Virus record (IMG/VR): IMGVR_UViG_3300034157_000062
Reading direction: 5' to 3' (one strand)
Length of the DNA: 33,703 bases
Source of the DNA: an uncultured virus (IMG/VR IMGVR_UViG_3300034157_000062)
Lineage: Duplodnaviria > Heunggongvirae > Uroviricota > Caudoviricetes
Positions 8,202 through 16,073 of the stretch are shown piece after piece. The notes beneath the pieces were generated by a model. It searched no databases, was not told the DNA's origin, and worked only from the letters and a program-made list of their open reading frames with translations. Every line of letters starts with the position of its first letter. The first letter of the stretch is position 1. The position numbers and the translations under genes are program-made.

Positions 8202-8370
8202 AAGTTAGTTTGTTGTAAGCTAACTTAAAAAGAGCCGTGTTGCCTGATTAGCCACTAGTATACTGGTCAAGTATGATTGAAACAGCTTAATCACTGTAGT
8301 TTGACCTCTGATAAGTATATCCGGTAGGTATTTACCGACACTTCGAAGCGTGGAGATGCTTGCATCCGTG
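8202..8370 (+). ncRNA. Putative structured RNA in tRNA operon spacer
   Basis: Several nested stems identified by eye; no plausible + strand ORF. Confidence 0.4.
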
Positions 8371-8394
8371 AAGCGTTAGAAGAAATACTACTAT

Positions 8395-8469
8395 GGGCTG
8401 TTAGTTTAGCTGGGAAAATACCTGCCTTGCACGCAGGAGTGCTGGGTTCGAGTCCCTGACGGTCCACCA
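8395..8469 (+). tRNA. tRNA-Ala(TGC)
   Basis: GGGCTGT/ACGGTCC, anticodon TGC, CCA. Confidence 0.9.
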
Positions 8470-8481
8470 GTTTTGTTGTTT

Positions 8482-8558
8482 GTCCGTGTAGCTCAGTTGG
8501 ATAGAGCGTCTGCCTCCTAAGCGGAAGGTCGTAGGTTCGATCCCTATCGCGGACACCA
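8482..8558 (+). tRNA. tRNA-Arg(CCT)
   Basis: GTCCGTG/CGCGGAC, TCTGC-CT-CCT-AA-GCGGA, CCA. Confidence 0.93.
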
Positions 8559-8629
8559 GAATAAGGGGGTTTTACTGTAAAGGTAAGACCGGATTGAAGC
8601 CGTGGTTTCCGGGGGCGTTCATTCAATAT

Positions 8630-8706
8630 GGGATTTTAGCTCAGTTGGTTAGAGCATCCGACTCATAATCGGCAGGTCGTAAGTTCAAGTCTTACAAGTC
8701 CCACCA
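8630..8706 (+). tRNA. tRNA-CAT, probably Ile2 (lysidine, reads AUA)
   Basis: GGGATTT/AAGTCCC; CGACTCATAATCG anticodon arm and GTTCAAGTC T loop resemble enterobacterial tRNA-Ile2; G1:C72 so not initiator. Confidence 0.85.
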
Positions 8707-8723
8707 AATTAGATGTAACCTAT

Positions 8724-8798
8724 GGTTCTGTAGCATAACGGTAAATGCACCCCGCTCATAACGGGATGATTAAGGTTCGATTCCTTGCAGAACCACCA
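8724..8798 (+). tRNA. tRNA-CAT (Ile2 or elongator Met)
   Basis: GGTTCTG/CAGAACC, CCCG-CT-CAT-AA-CGGG, CCA. Confidence 0.85.
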
Positions 8799-8805
8799 GA
8801 TTGAT

Positions 8806-8928
8806 AGAAAGGTAGCTTAACGGGCGAGCAGCCGGGATGACCCGGTAACTTTAAATCTCATGTCAGATAAATTTTCGTAATTTATAGGCCATGTGATAGT
8901 GATAATGGTTCGAATCCATTCCTTTCTA
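8806..8928 (+). ncRNA. tRNA-like RNA with long variable-region insertion and non-canonical anticodon arm
   Basis: AGAAAGG/CCTTTCT acceptor, TAGCTTAA..GG..AGC D arm, AATGG-TTCGAAT-CCATT T arm, no encoded CCA. Confidence 0.65.
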
Positions 8929-8939
8929 CTTTTATTTTT

Positions 8940-9014
8940 GGGCTTGTAGTTCAGAGGGAGAACGCTTGTATGGCATACAAGAGGTCGTGGGTTCGAATCC
9001 CATCAGGTCCACCA
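8940..9014 (+). tRNA. tRNA-Ala(GGC)
   Basis: GGGCTTG/CAGGTCC with G3:U70, CTTGT-AT-GGC-AT-ACAAG with the characteristic A32-U38, CCA. Confidence 0.95.
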
Positions 9015-9022
9015 AATCAAAT

Positions 9023-9049
9023 AAAGAGAACTTCATAGTTCTCTTTTTT
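9023..9049 (+). terminator. Terminator of tRNA operon
   Basis: AAAGAGAACT-TCAT-AGTTCTCTTT plus T run. Confidence 0.85.
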
Positions 9050-9109
9050 ATTGCCTATAATTTACTATTGTGCTATAATCAATCATTATTTTAATGTGAG
9101 GAATTGATT

Positions 9110-9940
9110 GTGATTAGAAGTTCATTGAAAGACCTTAAAAAAGCGATTACCCAAGTGTACAAAAGTCCTTTTAAAGTCTCCACCTATAAAGATGAAGTTG
9201 AGGGAGAAATGCAAACTTTTCTCAATATTGAAAGCCTTAACAAAAAAACATTGGCTGATTTTCAATACATTAAAGAAGATGGAGCCATTATTTCAGGCTA
9301 CAATGATTCACATGACTATCGAAAAGAACGTGAAGAATACTTTCCTGAATATTATGACGAAACTCATTTAAAGATCTATCAAAAAGCATTTAATCTCTTT
9401 TATTCTAATACAGTAGTAAAAGAATTTGTTAAACCAAATACATTAGCAGCTATTAATAAAAACATGTTTGATATTAGTGATGATTATAGACGTGGTGTTC
9501 CCTTGATTGATATTTTTTCTTTCTTGGGTAATAGTGGCCGTAGTGATACTGCTATTGGACTGCAGTATTATCTCAATGAAAAAAATGAAATAAAGCCTAG
9601 AATGAAAATACAGTTTTCATTTACCAGTTGTAGTCATCTTATTATTTATTATGATTATGACTCTAATTGTTTTCGTTTTGGTGATGTCCAGCTCATTGAT
9701 GGTGACAAAACATCAACATTAGATGACAATACAATCTCCGAATTATTTAATTTAAACGCTGATGAACTGTTAGATGATGACAACAAGTTAAACTCATTAT
9801 TTACTAATTGGACACTATTCATGGGAAGTTATCTCAATAAGCAGGCTTTTATTCATTATAATCTTGATGAATTAATAGATGCATCTAATAAAAATAAGAC
9901 GCTGGAACATTTAAAATTAATTAAAATGGCATTTATTTAA
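9110..9940 (+). CDS. Hypothetical protein, paralog of 9995..10939, C-terminal MxxI motif
   Basis: GAGG RBS then GTG at 9110; shared KEDGAI, QYY.NE....KPRMKI.F; ends LIKMAFI. Confidence 0.8.
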   Translation: MIRSSLKDLKKAITQVYKSPFKVSTYKDEVEGEMQTFLNIESLNKKTLADFQYIKEDGAIISGYNDSHDYRKEREEYFPEYYDETHLKIYQKAFNLFYSNTVVKEFVKPNTLAAINKNMFDISDDYRRGVPLIDIFSFLGNSGRSDTAIGLQYYLNEKNEIKPRMKIQFSFTSCSHLIIYYDYDSNCFRFGDVQLIDGDKTSTLDDNTISELFNLNADELLDDDNKLNSLFTNWTLFMGSYLNKQAFIHYNLDELIDASNKNKTLEHLKLIKMAFI

Positions 9941-9994
9941 TCGTAATGCTTATTAGTTAAAATTGTAACACCTATTATTTATAAGGAATTTATT

Positions 9995-10939
9995 GTGATT
10001 AGAAGTTCATTAAAAGAAATTAAAAAAGTGCTTAGAAAAACCTACCCTAAACCATTTGAGGTATCAAGTCGTGTACAAACTGATACGTCTGGTTCAGCAG
10101 ACTTTGTGGTAATTAAAGACTTTAATAACCAGACTATTGCTCAATTTAAGTATGTCAAAGAAGATGGAGCTATTTTAACAGGATTTGTTAATTCTCCACT
10201 TTATCAAGATAAATATGATACAGTTTTTCCAACATTAGATCCACTGAGCAATTTAGACTATTATCAACAAGTATTAGATTTATTTCATGGTAATGCTATT
10301 TTTAAAGAACTAGTCTCATCCCATGAATCTTTTAAATTAATGGAATACATGTTTAAATCCGAAGAATCTGTTATTAAAACACAAGAACTTAATAAGGATT
10401 TTAAAAAATTAGCTCCTATCGGTTTCAAAATTTCAATGGGATTTCAGTATTATGTTAATGAAAACAGTCAATTAAAACCCAGAATGAAAATTAATTTTGA
10501 ATTCAGTGATTTTGGAAAATTAATTATTTATTATGATTATTCAACAAATGAAATTCGTTTTGGTGAATCTCAATTTGTAGATTATCACAGTTTTTATCAA
10601 CAGAAACCTATAGAAATGAACCATTTTACTATCCCTGCTATGTTTGGGAAGCCTTCATTTTCTAATTTTTTCGTGATAGAAGAGGTAGGTTATTATCCTA
10701 AAGTAAACTTCCAAACGAATAGCAGGGCCGACAATTATCAACTATTTGGGATCAAACAAAACCAAACAATTAAAGAAATTGATAAATTGGGGCTTATATT
10801 TGAAAAGTGGATGATTGAAATTGGTGTTCTAATTAATCATAAATCTGCTGTTTTTTATAAATTAGACGATACCTTTGAAGCTTACTCAAAAACCAATGTT
10901 ATTGAAAACTTTAATTTGATTAAAATGTCACTCATTTAA
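9995..10939 (+). CDS. Hypothetical protein, paralog of 9110..9940, C-terminal MxxI motif
   Basis: Both genes begin GTGATTAGAAGTTCATT; ends LIKMSLI. Confidence 0.8.
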   Translation: MIRSSLKEIKKVLRKTYPKPFEVSSRVQTDTSGSADFVVIKDFNNQTIAQFKYVKEDGAILTGFVNSPLYQDKYDTVFPTLDPLSNLDYYQQVLDLFHGNAIFKELVSSHESFKLMEYMFKSEESVIKTQELNKDFKKLAPIGFKISMGFQYYVNENSQLKPRMKINFEFSDFGKLIIYYDYSTNEIRFGESQFVDYHSFYQQKPIEMNHFTIPAMFGKPSFSNFFVIEEVGYYPKVNFQTNSRADNYQLFGIKQNQTIKEIDKLGLIFEKWMIEIGVLINHKSAVFYKLDDTFEAYSKTNVIENFNLIKMSLI

Positions 10940-11111
10940 CTTAAAATATATTAACAAAAAGCATTGAAGTCTATTAAAAACAAAATATACCTTCGATGGT
11001 TTATTTTGTTGACTTTAATTTAACCTTTTCATATGTGAAAATTTTAGAAATTGTTCTTGTAAAATGGTTTTTTTACAGTATTCTGTCATAAACTTAAAGG
11101 AGAATTAAAAA

Positions 11112-11894
11112 ATGAGTTTGTTAAAAAATTTCATATTAAAACATGATAAACCTATAATAAAAGCACTGGTTATAATTATTACTCTACTAATACCCAGTAT
11201 TTTATTGTTACCATCAGTAATAGAAAGCTACACCTATAATTCTTATTTATCGAGTAGTGTATCTGATTATATTGAATATAATGAATCACTTACATTCTTA
11301 CGACTATTCAGTTTTGCATTAATAGTTATGTTCATTATTTATAGCCTACTAAGACGACATTTTCTGGGTAATACTAAAAATGGCCCTTATGATCATAAAA
11401 CGAAGGTATGGATTTTATTGCTTATGATATTAATTCCAACCATTGCATTAAATCTAATTAATTCTCATTATGAAGATAAAAATAATGAATTTATCACATC
11501 AAAACTAATTGATGTTAAAAACAGTATTATTGCTGGCAAATGTTCATTAGAAAAAACAAAAGATTCCAGCGTTTCATATGGAATGGTTTCTGATTGTGGT
11601 ACTGTAAAAGAAAAAATGCCGGGAGATCTTTGGTTTCTGAGTGCTGGTCAGTTCACATCGAGCAGTAATAAAGATGGTGTTGCTAAGACTGTAACCATTG
11701 ATAAACCTAATACGATTACCTATAATGGTTATCTACCTAGTTTTTGCAGAACATTAACCGACTCCAACAATCCGTTGTATAAAGAGTTTTCATCAATAGA
11801 AATACATGGTAATAATCCTTTGTCTGAAAAGTTTGAAAAATCTTCTTGTGAAGAATATAAACTTAAAGGTCAAATACAATTTATGTTTAAATGA
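11112..11894 (+). CDS. 3-TM membrane protein with Cys-containing C-terminal domain (family of three in window)
   Basis: Three hydrophobic segments; KMPG, YNGYL..FCR motifs. Confidence 0.8.
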   Translation: MSLLKNFILKHDKPIIKALVIIITLLIPSILLLPSVIESYTYNSYLSSSVSDYIEYNESLTFLRLFSFALIVMFIIYSLLRRHFLGNTKNGPYDHKTKVWILLLMILIPTIALNLINSHYEDKNNEFITSKLIDVKNSIIAGKCSLEKTKDSSVSYGMVSDCGTVKEKMPGDLWFLSAGQFTSSSNKDGVAKTVTIDKPNTITYNGYLPSFCRTLTDSNNPLYKEFSSIEIHGNNPLSEKFEKSSCEEYKLKGQIQFMFK

Positions 11895-11909
11895 TTTGTG
11901 GTGGAAGAG

Positions 11910-11938
11910 AAAAGAGAACATAGAGTTCTCTTTTTTTT
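11910..11938 (+). terminator. Rho-independent terminator (AAGAGAAC type)
   Basis: AAAGAGAAC-ATAGA-GTTCTCTTT plus T run. Confidence 0.8.
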
Positions 11939-12036
11939 ATTCTTTCATTTGTATTACATTGATTGACAAAATTTAAAAAATTGTTATTATTAGGCATTAA
12001 AAAGGATCTGTCCATGTCAAAAATCAGTAGTTCAAT

Positions 12037-12735
12037 ATGAAAAAGAATATTATCATCTCTATATTTAATTCATTTTATTATGTTTTGTTTGTCATTGTCT
12101 TTTTGTTTTTTAATTATGAGGATTCCAGTGGCTTTTATGTGGGGGCTGCTTTATTCATGCTTGGAGCAACTTATCCAATTATCAAATGGATTATTGGCGT
12201 CTATCAGCATGTATTTATTCGATCATATTTTTCAAAATATGATTTTTTCTATAAATTTTTACCGTTCATTCTATTAGCTATATGCTATTATTTAAAAAAT
12301 AATGAAGCATTTTCATTTATTATTCCATATATTTTACTTTTTAGCTTTATATTGTTTATTATTCCTATCTTTGTGAATCATATGAATCTTATGTTTGTAA
12401 TTCCATTAAAATTCCTAAAAAATCACTTCTCCATGAATAATTCTGTTACCATTCCATTTATTATGGGATTGAATTGGAAATCATTAAATACGTTTATACA
12501 ACAATTTACAAATGTCTCCTATTACGTTATTGATGACTGTAAGCTTGATAGGGATATTCTTAATATTTATTCATGTGGTAGACAAATACTTTTAAATCAT
12601 GAGAAAAATTATTTTATACTCGATGGGATTGTCATCAATTACGCAACTGCTATCTCTGTGCAAGAAGAATACAAGTGTAAGCTTTTTGAAATGACAGATG
12701 AAGAACTTGAACTTATGAAAATGCTAGCTATTTAA
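12037..12735 (+). CDS. Membrane protein with C-terminal MxxI motif
   Basis: About 4 TM segments; ends MTDEELELMKMLAI. Confidence 0.8.
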   Translation: MKKNIIISIFNSFYYVLFVIVFLFFNYEDSSGFYVGAALFMLGATYPIIKWIIGVYQHVFIRSYFSKYDFFYKFLPFILLAICYYLKNNEAFSFIIPYILLFSFILFIIPIFVNHMNLMFVIPLKFLKNHFSMNNSVTIPFIMGLNWKSLNTFIQQFTNVSYYVIDDCKLDRDILNIYSCGRQILLNHEKNYFILDGIVINYATAISVQEEYKCKLFEMTDEELELMKMLAI

Positions 12736-12744
12736 TTCTTAAAA

Positions 12745-13185
12745 TTAACTCTCGTTAATATCACTCATACCACTGATATAGGTCATAGTAGTGATTGCAA
12801 TACACAAAATGAATATTGATATGAAACCTACATATCGGCTGGACGCACCTAATTTGAATTGGTCTATATCACCTAAACCATATTGCAACGCTATATTTCC
12901 TATAATTAATGCTATTAAACTAATTATTAGAACACTCTTTTTTCCTTTAAATTCAGTGTTCGCATTTTCGTTATATTTTTCTATAACATTTATTAATTGT
13001 TTGAATGTATAACCAGCAACCAGTATGCAGATGGCTATCAAAACAAAAAAAATGAAACTTTCATGTTCAGTTACAGGAGTATTGATGACTAATCTGTATA
13101 TTGATGTTATTGCTGCAACTAAAATTATAACATTTAAAAGAGCAGCCCAGTATAAGTCATTTCCGATGTCTAAATATTTTTTCAT
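12745..13185 (-). CDS. 4-TM hypothetical membrane protein
   Basis: AGGAGG RBS; four hydrophobic stretches. Confidence 0.75.
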   Translation of the reverse strand: MKKYLDIGNDLYWAALLNVIILVAAITSIYRLVINTPVTEHESFIFFVLIAICILVAGYTFKQLINVIEKYNENANTEFKGKKSVLIISLIALIIGNIALQYGLGDIDQFKLGASSRYVGFISIFILCIAITTMTYISGMSDINES

Positions 13186-13208
13186 AATTGCCTCCTAGGC
13201 TTATAGTA

Positions 13209-13658
13209 TTATTTTGCTAGTAATACAATTTCTTCATCAATTAGATAATTAATTGATTTATTTAGTATTGTATTGATACCCATAATGGTTTTTAAAGAGA
13301 TTCCCGTATGTGAGTCTACAATGACATTTCTAGAATGTTCATAATACTCTGCTGGTTTGTCGTCAATCATTACATAATTGATTATATGGTTTTCTACTAC
13401 ATAATCCTTACATTCATAATGTCGTGTATATTCTTTGTAGGCATCTGATAAATCTTTTGTAACGCCTACGACCCGATTATTAAGGATCTGATTAAAGAAT
13501 TCAATATCTTTAATCAGTCTCCATGTCGATGAGATAACAATGTCTATATTGTTATGGCTGCAGTAAGCATTAAGACAAGCAACAGCCTCTGGATACCAGC
13601 TATTCTTGGTGGGATGTTTTAATACGCCATCTATATCTAGAAATATTATATTATTCAT
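13209..13658 (-). CDS. HAD phosphatase of the Swiss-Army-Knife RNA-repair-like type
   Basis: FLDIDGVL, IVISSTWR, YVMIDD motifs. Confidence 0.85.
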   Translation of the reverse strand: MNNIIFLDIDGVLKHPTKNSWYPEAVACLNAYCSHNNIDIVISSTWRLIKDIEFFNQILNNRVVGVTKDLSDAYKEYTRHYECKDYVVENHIINYVMIDDKPAEYYEHSRNVIVDSHTGISLKTIMGINTILNKSINYLIDEEIVLLAK

Positions 13659-13715
13659 CTTTTATATTTGCCTCAATGTGCTACAATATTATATAGAAAA
13701 CAATAGAAAATAACA

Positions 13716-15146
13716 ATGGATTATTACAAATTAATTGGCGAAGAAATTGCTTATTACGATATAAATGGCAAGAAACAGACAATCGGAACTATAAAACACA
13801 TCAATGATGATAAAGCTAAAGTATCATTTACCATTGATGGTCAAAATTCATTTCGTGAACTGGCTAAAAAAGATTATTTAGACAGAAGCGATATCTTAAC
13901 ACTGTTGAAAACAAACAAAAGAGAAGTGGACGCTTATTATGGCAGACCTATGACTGATGTAGGGAGTGTGTTTGATTTCGTCAAGAACACAGCTAAGAAA
14001 GGTTTTACTGAATTATCCATTGGTGATGTTTCTAATGAAAAAATCTACCTCAGAAAAGGGCAGTTTGTGACTAACAATGATTCTATATCAAGTGTGTTCG
14101 ATAATGCAGTTAAATCCGACTTAGAAGGTGATAAAGAAAGCCTTGTTGTTAAATCTATTCAGTTAAGTAAAGAAGGTAACAAAGTAATGGGTAGTCACAT
14201 TATGATTAAAGCGGCAGCAGACCCAGCCAATGATTACAAAACATTGTTAGAATTCGCAGCTCTTGAAACATTGAAAGACAGCGGATTGAATGTGCCTAAA
14301 TACAGATTAGAAACCATTGATAATCGTCCTTACTTGATTATGGAAAACTTCAACAAATCGAATTCATTTGAACTCAATGTCATCAAAGATGAACGAGGCA
14401 CCGCTATTCAGGTCGCAGATAACAATGCTTTTTACAGCACCAAATTATCGTATGACATGAATGATATGGCTAAGTGTTTTTCAAACAATAAAGCCAAGTT
14501 AAATGATGAGAACTATGAACATTCATACCTTGTAGCGATGAAACTTGCTAATGCCGTTCATGATTCTTCTAATCTTGATGGTGATACTAAGGAATATGTA
14601 GAAGCTAGAAAGAATAAAGTTCAAAAAGATTTAATGAAAGCAATGTCTTTCAACATTCTTATAGGTAACACTGATATGCATGGTGGTAATCTTAAAGTCT
14701 TATTGAACCAGAACTCAAATCCTTTAACTAATAAGCCAGACTTTGAATTTGCTCCATTCTATGACATTACCCCGCATTCTATTAATCAGTCTGGTAATAA
14801 TGAATTATTGAGACATGGTAAAAGTCTCAATACATTAGAATCAAAAGACTTATTTAATACCAGCTATCGTGGTGTTGCTAGAACAGAGACATTCCAGAAG
14901 GAATTTGAAGAAGCTAAGAAAATGGTTAAATCCTATAAAGAGAAAGTAACCAAACTATTTGAGAAGACACCTGAGTTGTTGGCTATGTTTAAAAATCATT
15001 TCACGAAAACGAATGAGTTTAAACGTGTTCAAAAATTTGATGGTATGGAATATGATTTAAGTGTTCTTGATACGGATAATAGAAAACGTCCTGAGCAAGT
15101 TAAAATACACCAGCAAAACTTTATGCCCAAAGCAAAACAAGGTTAA
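13716..15146 (+). CDS. HipA-like Ser/Thr kinase
   Basis: FNILIGNTDMHGGN and FAPFYDITP match HipA catalytic and Mg-binding motifs; E...L......GL.VP. Confidence 0.8.
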   Translation: MDYYKLIGEEIAYYDINGKKQTIGTIKHINDDKAKVSFTIDGQNSFRELAKKDYLDRSDILTLLKTNKREVDAYYGRPMTDVGSVFDFVKNTAKKGFTELSIGDVSNEKIYLRKGQFVTNNDSISSVFDNAVKSDLEGDKESLVVKSIQLSKEGNKVMGSHIMIKAAADPANDYKTLLEFAALETLKDSGLNVPKYRLETIDNRPYLIMENFNKSNSFELNVIKDERGTAIQVADNNAFYSTKLSYDMNDMAKCFSNNKAKLNDENYEHSYLVAMKLANAVHDSSNLDGDTKEYVEARKNKVQKDLMKAMSFNILIGNTDMHGGNLKVLLNQNSNPLTNKPDFEFAPFYDITPHSINQSGNNELLRHGKSLNTLESKDLFNTSYRGVARTETFQKEFEEAKKMVKSYKEKVTKLFEKTPELLAMFKNHFTKTNEFKRVQKFDGMEYDLSVLDTDNRKRPEQVKIHQQNFMPKAKQG

Positions 15147-15313
15147 AGATTTAAAATAGGGATACTGCCATATTTTTCTTCATACAAATCAACCAAAAGA
15201 CTTTTTATTTTTAATAAGTCTTTTTGTTTTATCTCATCTACACCAAAAATAAACTCTAATTTTCTATCAATTAACGCTTCTTCGGAAGATACATTATCAT
15301 TTTCTACGTTCAT
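15143..15313 (-). CDS. Small hypothetical protein (56 aa, below ORF-track cutoff)
   Basis: GAGGTG RBS, MNVENDNVSSEEALIDRKLEF...PILNL; stop overlaps the HipA-like stop. Confidence 0.6.
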   Translation of the reverse strand: MNVENDNVSSEEALIDRKLEFIFGVDEIKQKDLLKIKSLLVDLYEEKYGSIPILNL

Positions 15314-15386
15314 GTTGTTTACACCTCACATTAAGCTCTTTATGATATAAGGATTTCATTTAAATGTCAACTAATATCGCTAGTCT

Positions 15387-16073
15387 TTAAATGCAATACA
15401 TTTTAGCAATCATAAAATCATCATCCGTCATTTTTGTAATATTGATATTAAACTCTTTTATGTAATGCGTAAATCTTTCATAGTTAAAGATATGTTTTTT
15501 GTAGTAAAGTTGTTCATCATCAACCTTAAAATCACCTAGTCGGAAGTTGAGTGATTCTAATTTCATGTCAATACTGATTTCAACATAACCATCAAAACAT
15601 ATCAGTTGTTTTACGTTCTTCAAACTTTGAAATCTATCCTTATAGATATTGTATGTCCCCAATCGTTTAACAATGACAATCACTTGAAGACACAGTATAA
15701 GAACAGAGATAATGCCGATCAAGCTTTCATAAAACTTATCCACAAAAAGACATGATAAAATCATATAATAATACGATAAACAGACAGGAATGAATATTAA
15801 GTTAATATAAGGTTTAAAAATAGTGAAAATCATTTTTTCTTTATAGTCTTTTCTAAGGGAACGTATAGCAAATTCTAAGGCAACACACTTAATCAATAAC
15901 ATGATTAAACTTAATGCACTTAATCCATCTGAATTATACTCAGCCACTTGCTGGGTTATCAGATAGATTGTGAATAACACATCGGGGATTAGTATCAGTA
16001 ATGTTAATGCCAGTGTGTTTTTTACAAAAAATTTAAACAGTGAATACTCTTTCATTTTATAACTCCAATTCAA
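15387..16073 (-). CDS. Membrane protein with C-terminal MxxI motif
   Basis: 4 TM segments; ends MTDDDFMIAKMYCI; true start may be the second Met after GGAG. Confidence 0.8.
   Translation of the reverse strand: MNWSYKMKEYSLFKFFVKNTLALTLLILIPDVLFTIYLITQQVAEYNSDGLSALSLIMLLIKCVALEFAIRSLRKDYKEKMIFTIFKPYINLIFIPVCLSYYYMILSCLFVDKFYESLIGIISVLILCLQVIVIVKRLGTYNIYKDRFQSLKNVKQLICFDGYVEISIDMKLESLNFRLGDFKVDDEQLYYKKHIFNYERFTHYIKEFNINITKMTDDDFMIAKMYCI

Noticed and set aside
8243..8356. Hammerhead ribozyme (CTGATTAG, CTGATAAG, GAAAC)
   Set aside because: Core CUGAnGA is not matched and GAAA is not positioned after a stem II.
7767..8469. Recurring CCTGCCTTGCACGCAG sequence as a possible CRISPR or repeat array
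   Set aside because: It is the anticodon arm of paralogous tRNA-Ala genes; spacing is irregular and there are no cas genes.
7773..8626. Minus-strand ORFs 7773..7976 and 8291..8626
   Set aside because: Antisense translations of tRNA genes (typical GFEP/GLEP shadow peptides).
8848..8903. Group I/II intron in the tRNA-like RNA
   Set aside because: Far too short, not in the anticodon loop, and no catalytic core motifs.
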